Below are positions 13,561 to 25,380 of a stretch of DNA of 64,000 nt, one piece after another (the stretch's first letter is position 1; each line of letters begins with the position of its first letter). The stretch is from Eledone cirrhosa (taxonomy: Eukaryota), in contig OZ024747.1 of NCBI GenBank assembly GCA_964016885.1, forward strand, positions 60,450,001 through 60,514,000. The letters run 5' to 3'. The notes beneath the pieces were generated by a model, which made no database searches, was not told where the DNA came from, and was given only the letters and a program-made list of their open reading frames with translations. The translations under genes were made by a program, and so were the position numbers.

Positions 13561-13888
13561 AAAATACATAGTGTAATGTGGCTATTTGCTTGCAAACTAA
13601 TCAAATATTTTCATTATTTGACACAAACTCACAAATGCATTTACATATCTGCTATGTTAGAGCAAGACTAATTTTGTTTTTTTATTTATCTAAAAACCTT
13701 TCCATCTTAATTTTATGTGAGAACATTTTTTATATTCCAAACATCAGCTTGTTAATGGGAAAGTTAGATATATTACTAAAACCTTCAACATTTTTTTTTA
13801 TTTTCAAAATTATTGGCAAATCATAGTGTCCTTCAATAGATATGTGATAACTAATGGGTTAAATAATCTTCTTCTCCTGTTAAAAACC

Positions 13889-14104
13889 TTAACCCTTTAG
13901 CATTTAAACTATCCATATCCAGCCAGAATTCTCTCACCTCTTTCTGTAAAAACTGACTATAACCGGCTGCTCATACTTATGTTAAGGAATTGTTCTCAAA
14001 ATAAATAAAACCAAAATCTCTTAGATTCGATATTATGTGAGATAAAGCCTTTACCATGAAAATACAATAGTAGATATAGAATAATATGAATGTTAAAGGG
14101 TTAA
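13889..14104. mobile_element. TTAA-flanked piggyBac-like MITE, family A
   Basis: ttaa-ccctttagcattta ... tgaatgttaaaggg-ttaa; second complete copy at 36287-36497. Confidence 0.82.
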
Positions 14105-14137
14105 ATAGAAAAAGTATTTTGTAGCTGACTCATGTGT

Positions 14138-14230
14138 CCCAGGTAGCCTCAATATCTGGAAAGGCACCTAAGTCAAGGCAGTTGACAGTGATAATCCCAA
14201 TTTTCAAAAAGGGTGACAAGAGATAGGTTT
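14138..14230 (+). pseudogene. Small non-LTR reverse transcriptase N-terminal remnant
   Basis: Translates to QVASISGKAPKSRQLTVIIPIFKKGDKR (IIPIFKKGD motif). Confidence 0.55.
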
Positions 14231-14974
14231 TCACCTTGGACCCAGCACAGCCAGCTTCATCTTAACAGTGTATATTTACATTATTTTAACTAGGTTTCTT
14301 CAAGCTGAATGCTTTTTTTTATTATCAACCACTATACAGAATGTACCAGTTTCATGTTAAAGATATATGGTGAGGCACTGTTAATAATATACAGCAGAAC
14401 TTCCACTCTTTAAAGACTGCCAACATTCAACTTACTCAGCTATGCACCATTCCTTGGTGTAAAATCAAACTTGTTTGTCAGGCATTGATTTCAAGCATTC
14501 AAATATTACTTTGTCGTCATTTTTAACTACCAAACTCAAATTCTCTTCTTCACATCTAACTCCACCATACTGTCAAACATGAAAGTATGAAAAACCTTTG
14601 ATTTTTATGTAAATATGTAAAACCAGAACATGGAAGCTGTTTGAACATCGAGTGACCATTTCATCTTGGGAAAGTTTTCTACTTCTCCAGCATCCTGTGA
14701 GAATTTCTAGAATAAGCTATTATGAAAACTTCCACACCATTAATGTTTTCTCATTATATTCAGTTTTGGTGTTAACATATTCAGCGCTCTGTGTCAATGT
14801 TCCTTTGCACCTTTTCCAAAATAACTCACAATAAACACAACCAAGAAAGAAAAGCCATTCATCGTGTGTGCAACCAGTCGAGTGTAACTAAAGCTGGCAT
14901 CCTCTCTACCGGGACCTCACCTCCAATTCTACTTCTTTTCATATCAAAACATTATTTCCAAAGCCACTGCTGCT

Positions 14975-14977
14975 ATA

Positions 14978-15012
<35 letters not shown>

Positions 15013-15650
15013 AACTACTACTATTACAAATACCAACACCACCACTATTAATACTACAAATATTATCAATACAATAACTACTACTACTATTATAAATACG
15101 ACCACCTCAACCACTACTACTACTATTACAAATACCACCACCGCCAACACTACTACTACCAGAACCATCACCAACACTACTACTACTACTACAACCATCA
15201 CCAACACTACACCTACTACCACCCCTATCACTACCACAACCACCACTACTACTACAACCATCACCACCACTACTACTACTACAACCATCACCAACATTAC
15301 TACTTTAACAACCATCACCAACACTACTATTACTACAACAACCATCACCAGCACTACTACAACAACCATCACCAACACTACTACTACAACAACCATCACC
15401 AACACTACTACTACAACAACCATCACCAGCACTACTACCACTACAACAACCATCACCAGCACTACTACTACTACTACAACAATCATCACCAGCACTACTA
15501 CTACTACCACAATCATCACCACTACTACCACAACCACCACCACTACTACTACAACCATCACCACTACTACCACAACCATCACCACTACTACCACAAGCAC
15601 CACCACCACCACTACCACTACTACTACTACAAGCACCACCACTACCACTA
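14975..15650. repeat. (ACT/ACC)n compound trinucleotide repeat
   Basis: Direct reading; the poly-V and G/S/C ORFs are artefacts. Confidence 0.92.
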
Positions 15651-16559
15651 CATCTAAAACAACATTTCAAGACAATGGTTATGACAAGTCATCTATTGCT
15701 AGTTCATCACAAATGTCATTGATTTATTGATTTCATAAATTGATATATTGGAATTAGATCACTTAGTATTGACAGGTTTAGGTTATTCCATTGTGAAGGC
15801 ACATGGCTTAGTGGTTAGAGAATTGGATTTTCAAACATGAGGCTGCAAGATCAATTCCCAGACCAGGCAATGTGTTATGCCCTTCAGCAAGACACTTTAC
15901 TATACTTTACTTTATGTTGCTCTTTCTGCCAGGAGTTGTGACTAATAGATAATATCAGCAATGGAAAGACCAATGGAAACATTGTTTCCTTGGCCCAATC
16001 TGACGAGATCTACCCCACTCGGTAAGTGAATAAGTGAATGTGGTCTGGAATCTTGTTCATCATTTAGTTATTTTAATAATATATTTCTTCAAATTAATAA
16101 TTCCTGTGTTAACGCAATCAGATGACAAATTGGCAGAGTTGATTTGATTGAATTGTGGATAGAATGGTTTGTAGTATTGATTCTGCCTTTCTAAGTCTTG
16201 CCAAGGTCGATGAAAAAAAAGCACCAGTTCAGTACTGGCGTTCATTCTTCATCTCTATTGGTTGATTCTTCATCTGTATCTCTCTCTCTCCTTGAACTGT
16301 GTTCAGACCTGGAAAGGAAGGGTACAAGCTTCACTAGGTTTTTTTTTAAATGCTATATGCCACTGTATGTTTGGACCTGTAATCCTAATACAATTGTATC
16401 AGGATTACGGGTCCAAACATACATATAATAGTTGAAATAATATTTCAGTAATTTCTGAGAGTTGTGTCACCAAAAGTTTTGAATCACTAAAAAGTAGGCC
16501 ATAATGCTGTTGCATGACCTTCAAAGAATAACAGTCAAATCTTCCTCAAACATAATCTC

Positions 16560-16860
16560 AAAATCTGTGTAAACTTGTCTTGTATATCGCTTTTCTTTAT
16601 TTCTTTCCTCCAGTCACTTCTATGACACTTCTGCTTGTCCTGTTCCTCTTTCAATCTTTTCTATTTTTCATCTGTCTGTACCCAAATTGTGGATTGTCTC
16701 TCTGTTGATCGCTGGTTGCTGGTCTCTGTCCTCTGATATATTTTTGCCCATCGCTGTCTTTGACAGTATTTAGCTGTTTTACCGTCTGTTTTAGCTAAGA
16801 GTTTTCTCATTTTTATATGTATTCAAATACAATCTCACTTCGTCTCGATCAGAGACAACA
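16560..16860 (-). pseudogene. Highly degraded RTE ORF2 C-terminal remnant
   Basis: Minus-strand translation contains QRQRWAKIY...STIW...KRNR, resembling the RTE RWAGH...W...KR.RGRP segment, with stops. Confidence 0.4.
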
Positions 16861-17983
16861 TTGTTTTTTCATGAAAATGGAGAATGTTGTTCTATCATCC
16901 TTTTCAACCTCAACATCGTTTTATGCCTGTTTTTCACACGAGCTTGAATTATGTGGTTTCATAGTTGACTGTGACTGAATTTGAACTCAGAATATTAAGA
17001 GACATATTATCTATCATAAGTTGTTTTCTGCAATGCTCTACTGATTATATAATCTACCACCTTCATATGATATCTATTGGTTCGTTGTTTGTAGAATAAT
17101 TCAGTATTGAATAAGGCCTTGTTCAGTCATCTGTAATCACTGCCAACTCACCTTGAAAAGAGAAAGGTAAAAATTACTTTTTCCTGATTTCCCAAAAGAG
17201 AGAGTTACTTTTGCTTAGAGCAATGTCTGTTTCTGTGAAACAGAAGAACAGTGACAGCAGCAGCAACAACAACAATACTACTTCTCAAATAGATTCTCTT
17301 CTACCATTTACCATCTTCCAGAAATGTTTATGATCGGTACTACACTATCTCCCCCCCCCCCCTCCGCTCGTCTCCCCTTCCACAATTGGTTATATTTTAG
17401 ATATATTTATTTATAACAAGCAGAATATTACTTCCTTTTTTTTTCTTTGATTTTCATAGCCCCATACACCCACCCCTCCTGTTTTATGTTTCTGTCATTA
17501 AATTTAACATATTTCACTGATTTTTCATCCATCAACAAATCATGTTATTTAGTTTAAAGTTCCTTTTTATTTTTGTTTGTATGTTTGTTGGGGTTTTTGT
17601 TTTCATAATCTATTTTATATATTTATTATTATTAGTAGTAGTACTAGTAATATTTTTTTTTTTTTATAGTTTCCTCTTCCTACCTGTACTTACATTACAA
17701 CATTCTTAATATATGCTGAAATTATTTCCATGAAGTAGCCATATTGGTTCATTGCTTCTTAGTTTTGTTAATGTTGTTTTGTGTGTTGTTGTTTTGTGTT
17801 GTATCTCGTTTTATTTTTTAGATATATTTCTTTAATTTATTTTATATATTTTAAGTATTTATTTTTATGTTTATTTATCTATCTATTCATTTTCGTCACT
17901 ACTTTAAAAATCCCAAACATTAGCTGCGAGAATGATTGCCTTAAAATATAGGCTCTTCTTATTCAACAATAATATCTATATGC

Positions 17984-18032
<49 letters not shown>

Positions 18033-18223
18033 GTGTGTGTGTATATATATATATATATAATGTGTGTATATATATATATATATATATAATGTATATATAT
18101 ATGTATATATATATATATATATAAAGAGAGAGATAGAGAGAGAAGGAATTTTACTTACAAGATGTTTCTTTTCTATAATATTAACAAGAAATCGATTCTG
18201 TGTTTTCTCGGATATCTTTTTTA

Positions 18224-18266
<43 letters not shown>

Positions 18267-18431
18267 CACACATACAGACTCACACATACATCTTCATATA
18301 TACTCATATGCAAACATACACATACACACACTCTCAATCATACACACAGGCATACATATACAATGTCACACACACATAAGCACCACAATCCACTCAAACA
18401 CAACCACACACAAATCACCATACACAACAAT

Positions 18432-18478
<47 letters not shown>

Positions 18479-18972
18479 TTCAAATACAATAACACACACA
18501 CACACACACATAAATACATAAATTGGTGAGAAGGAAAATAATATTTCTTTGAAATACAACTATACGCATATCTACAATGCATACACACATATATTCATAA
18601 AAGTACTCACACAGAAACACACACATACATACATACACACATACATACATACATATATACACACACCTGTGAAAAGGAAAGTAATATTTCATTGAAATAA
18701 TATATAAAATTGATGGCCTGTCAGATAGATTTTGAAACAGTTTCAGCAAAGTAACAAAATTGTGCCTAAGAACAAACTAAGAATATGAAATGGTAAAATA
18801 AATATAAAGACATATAAATAAAATATTGTCAAGAAATATTTCTAAGAGAGAGAAATATTTTTATGTTATATATAGAAACATTGGCACTGCTCTTGAAACT
18901 TCTAGCCCTTTTGATACCAAACTGCCTGAAACTATCCCTGGTTTTGTGATAAAAGGCAGTTTATTTAAAAAT

Positions 18973-19054
<82 letters not shown>

Positions 19055-19751
19055 ACCTTCCATAACAATTTTATGTATGAGCATTTGTTAAGTTATCTTC
19101 CAAATGTTAGCTAGATAATAAAAAACTTCTATTACTCCATCCCTACAAATTCTTGATTATTTTCAAAATGATTAGAAAATCATAGACTGTGTCTTTTATT
19201 AGAATTTTATAGTAGTGGAAGGGTTAAAGTGTTTATATTTATCTAAAAATAACTTTCATCATACTGTAAGAAACTTTGTTAAATTGATATTCCAAACACC
19301 AACTTAATAATATGGAAGTCAATTAAATGACTAAATCCAACCAAATTCTTGATTATTTTAAAAATTATTCTTTAGAAATATGATAACAAAATATTTTAAA
19401 AATGGAGAAAATATGTAGAAATATTTATGAGAGAAATATTTTTATTCTATATATAGAAACATTAGCTCCAATCTGTAAAATTTTAAGAAAAGTCCAACGT
19501 TCAATGTTAAAGACGTAAATATTTACTAAGTGAATTTTGGTTTTGTATCATGTGTGGAGTTCTATGTAACATGGGACTGTTTCTGTATATGTGTGTCATT
19601 GTATGTATCTGTAAGAGAAAGGCTGGGAGAGATGGAGAAGGAGAAATACTGGGAGAGACAGAGAGAAAAAGGGATGAGGAGAGAGAGAAAGATAAAATTT
19701 CTCTGATATTTGTCTTGTAAAATAGTTCAGGAATGAGGTTTTATAATTGAG

Positions 19752-19787
<36 letters not shown>

Positions 19788-19920
19788 CTGTTTCTATTTT
19801 GTACTCCTGAAGAAGGGCTTAAGCGCTACACATCGAACTTTCTTTCCCCTTAGTTTCAAAGCATGAAACTAATGAGACTTTATGTACTTGTTTGTCTCCT
19901 TGAATTATCTATATATATAT

Positions 19921-20253
19921 ATATTGTTATACTTTGGGAGGGTCATGTTGCCAATAAGAAACACACACACCAGTTGCTTTCACTCCAATTTATTATAAAT
20001 TCAAAATTTTTTTATTTTTTATTTTTAATTATTAATTTTTAATGTTTAATTTTTAATTTTTAATTTTTAATTTTTAATTTTTAATTTTTAATTTTTAATT
20101 TTTAATTTTTTAATTTTTTATTTATAATAAATTGGAGTGAAACCAACTGGTGCATGTGTTTCTTATTGGCAACATGCTCCTCCCAAAGTATAACAATATC
20201 GGTTTCAACACACGTTTTCAGATAAAGAATCTTGCTAAACAAATTCAGAAACG
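19921..20253. mobile_element. (TA)n-embedded fold-back element H4 (80-bp arms plus tail)
   Basis: Arms 19921-20000 and 20120-20199 are reverse complements around a (TTTTTAA)n spacer; tail 20200-20253; related fragment near 49350-49418. Confidence 0.8.
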
Positions 20254-20272
20254 ATATATATATATATATATA

Positions 20273-21148
20273 CAGGGTGCGGACAATATGTGTTCGCAAG
20301 ATTGCTGTCTAGGAAAAAGTAACAGTAGTTTTATTTTTTAAGATATATTTATCAAACTTGGGTCAGTTTGTCTTCATGACTTGTTCTTTCCATCTTACTC
20401 AATAAACCCACCATTGGCTTTGATGACGGCCTCAAGGCAGCCTCAGAACCGGCTACATGCCTTCGTCACTGTCCCCAACTTAGGCTCCTAAAAACACTTG
20501 TGACCCTGGCATTGAGATCGTCTTTCATATTGCCGCTAGATCTGTTGGTGTCTCGTTCCACTGCACTCCATACAAAGAAGTCAGGGGGTTGAAGTCAGGC
20601 GAGCTGGGAGGCCAGATGTCAGGTGAAGTGTGGTCGACAAAGTTCTCTGACAGCCAGGCTTGGGTCTTTCGGCTGGTATGGCATGGCGCTGAGTCTAGCT
20701 GCCACATGTATGGCCTACCTGCAGCTACCTGGTCGATCCAGGACTTTACTACCTCGCTCAGAACGCAGATGTAGCCATCGGTGTTCAGCTTCAGGCCCTC
20801 AGGGAAGAAGTGACGTGGCATGACATCACCTTGACTGCTGACGACACCTAAGACCAATGTTGTCGCTGGAAACTTTGTCTGCATGACTCTGGGCACGTCT
20901 TTGGATGAGACAGCGAGCCACCTGTTATTCTAGGGGTTGATCTTCTGGTCTTATTTGTCCTCCCGGCGCGGATTCCAAGAAGAACTCCGTATCTCTTCCA
21001 CAAATTTGGAGGTTCAAAGTTATTCATAATCAATTACTCTGAAAATAAACAATGGAAATATAGTCACTGTTTTTATGAAGACAAGAGTGACAATGCAAGT
21101 AAAAAAATTTGCAGTTGAAAATTGCGAACAAATATCGTCCGCATCCTG
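20273..21148 (-). mobile_element. Internally deleted Tc1/mariner transposon, DD37D (maT) type
   Basis: TIRs cagggtgcggacaatatgtgttcgcaa / ttgcgaacaaatatcgtccgcatcctg between TA; ORF 20525-20896 has QLDSAPCH...WPPSSPDFNPL with 37 residues before a frameshifted third D. Confidence 0.92.
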
Positions 21149-21185
21149 TATATATATATATATATATATATGTGTGTATGTGCAT

Positions 21186-21480
21186 GAAGGCGCATGGCTT
21201 AGTGGGTAGTCATCAGAAGAACATACTATGTGATTCTCAGACCGTGTGATGTATTGCGTCCTTGAGCAAGACACTTTATTTCACCTTGCTCCAGTTTACT
21301 CAGCTGTAGAAATGAGTTGCTATGTCACGGTGCCAAACTCTATCGGCCTTTGCCTTATCCTTAGACAACATCTGTGGCATGAAAATGGGAGGCTGGTATG
21401 CATGGGCGATTGCTAGTCTTCCACAAACAACCTTGCTCGGACTTCTGACTTGGAGGGGAAGTTTCTAGGTGAAAAAAAAA
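21186..21480 (+). mobile_element. tRNA-derived CORE-type SINE with a different tail
   Basis: tggcttagtgg A box, ccttgagcaagacacttta core; its tail also occurs at about 8037-8147. Confidence 0.8.
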
Positions 21481-21493
21481 AAAATGTATATAT

Positions 21494-21660
21494 AGGCACA
21501 GACATGGCTAAGTGGTTAAGAAGTTTTCTCCCCAGACAGTTCGTTCTGGGTTCTGTCCCTCTACATGTTACCTTGGGCAAGTGTCCTTGACTATAGCCTC
21601 AGGTTGACCGATGTCACGTGAGCGGAATTTGGTGCACAGAAATTGCAGAAGCTTGTCGTA
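21494..21660 (+). mobile_element. Short tRNA-derived CORE-type SINE
   Basis: tggctaagtggttaag A box, gggttctgtccc B-box-like, accttgggcaagtgtc core. Confidence 0.65.
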
Positions 21661-21680
21661 TATATATATATATATATATA

Positions 21681-22023
21681 ATCATTTTACGTCCGCTTTT
21701 CCTTGCTTGCAAGGGTGGGACGGGTCCTTTTCAGCACATCATCTCTCCATTCGTCACACTCCTTTGTCATCTCTTCTGTGAGCTTCAGCAATCTGAGGTC
21801 ATCTCTCAACACCTCTGCCCATGTTATTCGAGGTCTTCTTCTACTGCATCTTCCTTGCACCGGGATTTCTTGGCACTTCTTCACCCAGCAGTCATCTTCC
21901 ATGCACATCATATGACCACACCAGTCTTTTCTCCTGCACACTACAGTTTATTCTTCTTATACACAGTTTCACTCTCAACTCGTCCATGTTTGGTCATTCA
22001 CACTCATTGACATTGCACATCCA
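21681..22023 (-). mobile_element. RTE family B 3' fragment
   Basis: ORF 21687-21941 ends TRPTLASKEKRT*, followed directly by a TGA tail. Confidence 0.88.
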
Positions 22024-23052
22024 TATATATATATGGTAGATTACATTATATATGTATATATGTATGGGGTGTGTCCACGTCTGTGTTTATGTTAGTGTGT
22101 GTTTATCAGGAATTTAGCAGTTCAGCAAATAAAGAATCAAAATAATTTTCAAACTTGAAAAAATAAGTTGCGTTGTTGATATGAGGGATTAAATCAAGGT
22201 AGTACCCCAGCATGGCCACAGTATAATGACTGAAACATGTAAATGAATGAGAAACTACACAGGCAGTCTGATACACATGGTTGTTCACACACAAACACAT
22301 ACATGCAAACACACTCACAACATGTGCACATACATAAACAAGCACTTATACATACAAACATATACACACACATGACAACACTTCAGATATCATACATCCA
22401 GATGACCTTTTCTATCACTCTCATTCTCTCTCTCTCTCTCTCTCTATGTATATATATATATATATCCTCATCTCTAATGCTTACCCTCTCTCTAATGCTC
22501 TCTCTCTCTCTATCTAATGCTCTCACTCTATCAAATATTTTTCTTATGCCCCCCCCCCCCCCACCCCACCCCCTCACCCAGTACTATCTGCAATCCAAAG
22601 AAATAGTTGGTGATCTGTGGAGGCTAAAATTAATCCATAGGAGAGATCATAGAAGAATTCTGTAAGTTAATTTACCATGTGGAATGAAATAATCAAATAC
22701 TTCAAGCACTTGTCCTTATTCAGAGAAAGAGAGTGAGTGGCATCTTCTTGATCTCATTCTCATCTGTGTTCTCCCTTTTTGTTGTTGAGTTTAACCACTG
22801 TGCCTGCCATGGATCAGCAGGAATTTTATATCATATCATCATCATCATTAATTGTATGCCCAATTTCTCTATTATAACATAAGCTGGACAGAATTCTGTG
22901 GCTGTATGACTTTTCTGATACCAGCACTCAAACTTAAGCCCTGAAAGCATTACCTTGAATTTACCAATAAATCGGGGCATTAAGTTCTGTCAACATTATC
23001 TACCCCAACTTAAATTGGTGTATACCAATTATATATATATATATATATATAT

Positions 23053-23373
23053 CATCATCATTTTATGGCCACTTTTCCCTGCTTGCAAGGGTGGGACAGG
23101 AACTGATTCTGGCTTGATTTCTACAGCTGGATGCCCTTCCTAACACTAACCTCATTTACAGTGAGTGCTGGGTGCTTTTTTTGCCGTGGCACCTCCACGA
23201 CCACGTTACAGTGGAATGATAGGGACCCCAGTCCTGTCATCTCATTTCTACAGCTGAGTAAACTGGAGCAAGTGTCTTGCTCAAGGAAACAACACATCAC
23301 CCGGTCTGAGAATTGAACTCACAACCTTTCGATTGCAAGGCCAATGCTCTAACCACTAAGCCATGTGACTCCA
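23053..23373 (-). mobile_element. SINE family 1 (tRNA head, CORE, RTE-derived tail)
   Basis: Reverse complement of 28263-28610. Confidence 0.9.
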
Positions 23374-23511
23374 TATATATATATATGACTCCATATATGT
23401 GACTCTATATATAAGCAAAAGGGATATTTAATTTGTTGGTAATTCAACAAATATATATGTTTATAACTGATTCGAAGCACACAACAAATTTAATATCATT
23501 GATATATATAT

Positions 23512-23614
23512 ATTGTTCTCAGTATGGTGAACTAACTATTATGTTACGCCTTCTACCTAACTTGTCCAATGGACTGAGTGCTCTACCACTACGGATATTA
23601 CCTTCCAGTGTTCT
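23512..23614 (+). mobile_element. Family H1 fragment (distal arm plus tail)
   Basis: Matches 61640-61740; lies between (TA)n and (CT)n(TA)n. Confidence 0.82.
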
Positions 23615-23616
23615 AC

Positions 23617-23693
<77 letters not shown>

Positions 23694-23928
23694 TGTAATA
23701 AACAACATAAGGCAATTATTTCATTTACCAGTGGTTTCTTAAAAGCAAAAAAAATTTTGCTTTCAATCATCAGAATGAAAAAATCCTGGTGTATTTATTG
23801 ACGTTGGATTTTAAAAACAAAAATGCAATCTATATGAAAGTGAGGCTGGAAAAGGAAGAAGGAAAGGAAAAATAAAAACATATATATATATATATATATA
23901 TAGAAGTGGTTACACAACAGTTAGTTCA

Positions 23929-23978
23929 CCATACCGAGAACAATTGTTTCCCCTTAGCGGATCCTCAGCTCGTAATGG
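23929..23978 (-). ncRNA. Minimal type I hammerhead ribozyme in an H1 element (23902-24075)
   Basis: Minus strand CCAT-TA-CGAG CTGAGGA TCC-GCTAA-GGG GAAA C-AATT-G TT^CTCG-GT-ATGG: full CUGANGA/GAAA/UH core, stems I-III, palindromic ACAATTGT stem III. Confidence 0.8.
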
Positions 23979-24072
23979 GCATGGTTATACGGAACATGAA
24001 GGACAACCGTACGGACGCGCATGCGCAGAAATTGGTCCCTTCACACAGGCAATACTAAAATGTGTGCAAGAG

Positions 24073-24125
<53 letters not shown>

Positions 24126-24130
<5 letters not shown>

Positions 24131-24440
24131 AAGATGAATATAAAATGAAAGTGCTTTTATAAAGGAATTTATTAGGTATTGACATATGTTTCTGTAACAG
24201 ACGGAATACCTATGTATCGCTGCTTGTGTAATCATATAATGTTAGCAAGTATTCGATAGCAAATGTATAATCAGTTGTCACTTCTTCAGAGATATTATGA
24301 AAGCACTTTCATTTTATATTCATCTTTTCTACATTTTCTCCGGAATATAATTTATACTCGTTGAGCAAACCTACACGTACGCTGTTCATCTCTAACGTGA
24401 CGATATATTATCACTACATTATTGATAACTTGAAATTTAT
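24126..24440. mobile_element. (TA)n-embedded fold-back element H3 with hammerhead-like core in the spacer
   Basis: 37-bp arms 24126-24162 and 24295-24331; minus strand CTGAAGA-A-GTGACA...TGTTAC-A-GAAAC-ATAT-GTC at 24289-24181; tail 24332-24440. Confidence 0.72.
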
Positions 24441-24444
24441 ATAT

Positions 24445-24445
<1 letters not shown>

Positions 24446-24476
<31 letters not shown>

Positions 24477-24820
24477 TTTACGTCCGCTTTTCCCTGCTTG
24501 CAAGGGTGGGACGGGTCTTATTCAGCACAGCATCTCTCCACTCGTCACGGTCCCTCGTCATCTCCACCGTGAGCTTCAATGATCTGAGGTCTGTTCTCAC
24601 CACCTCCGCCCATGTTTTTCGTGATCTACCTCTAGCACGTCTTCCTTCAACTGGCAATTCCTGGCACTTCTTCACCCATCGGTCATCCTCCATGCGCATC
24701 ACATGTCCATACCACCTCAGTCTCCTCTCCCGTACACTACATTCTATCCCTCTCAGACACAGTTTCTCTCTCAACACATTTATGCTGGGTCGTTCACGCA
24801 CATTTACACTGCACATCCAT
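24446..24820 (-). mobile_element. RTE family B 3' fragment
   Basis: ORF 24478-24816: RRLRWYGHVMRMEDDRW...TRPTLASREKRT*, then (TGA)n; shorter copy at 49441-49553. Confidence 0.92.
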
Positions 24821-25172
24821 ATATATATATATATACACCTATTTAAGGTGGGGCAGATAATGTTGATATAACCTAATGATAGAACTCAGTATTGCAGAGT
24901 GTGGATGAACCTAGAACCTTGGGTAGTGAAGTGAACTCTTTAACCACACAGCTATTCTTGTGCTATATAATTTATCATCAACATATCTCCTCATAAGTTT
25001 CATTGTTCCAGAATAATTTCTAGAAATTAGAACATATATTACCATGAAACTATTATTAAAGTTTATTTTGTATTTATGATATGGCTCCAAATTGATTGGC
25101 AAATTAAACAAAAATATTAGATAAAATTAAAATAAATTAATATTTCTAATTTATCTGATATCTATCTCTATA

Positions 25173-25217
<45 letters not shown>

Positions 25218-25380
25218 ATAAACTTCAATACTCTCTTATACATACATATATATAGAGATAGATGCATACATACACGGATGGAAAAATGATGATATATATA
25301 TATATGTATGTATGTATGTATATATATGTATGTATAAGAGTATTGAAGTTTGTTTTCATATATATATATATATATATATA

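Noticed and set aside
15995-16040. CTGACGA hammerhead 5' half
   Set aside because: Followed by GAAT rather than GAAA, with no stems I or III.
23740-23780. Hammerhead CTGATGA-TT-GAAA on the minus strand
   Set aside because: No stem II and a weak stem I; plausible by chance in AT-rich DNA.
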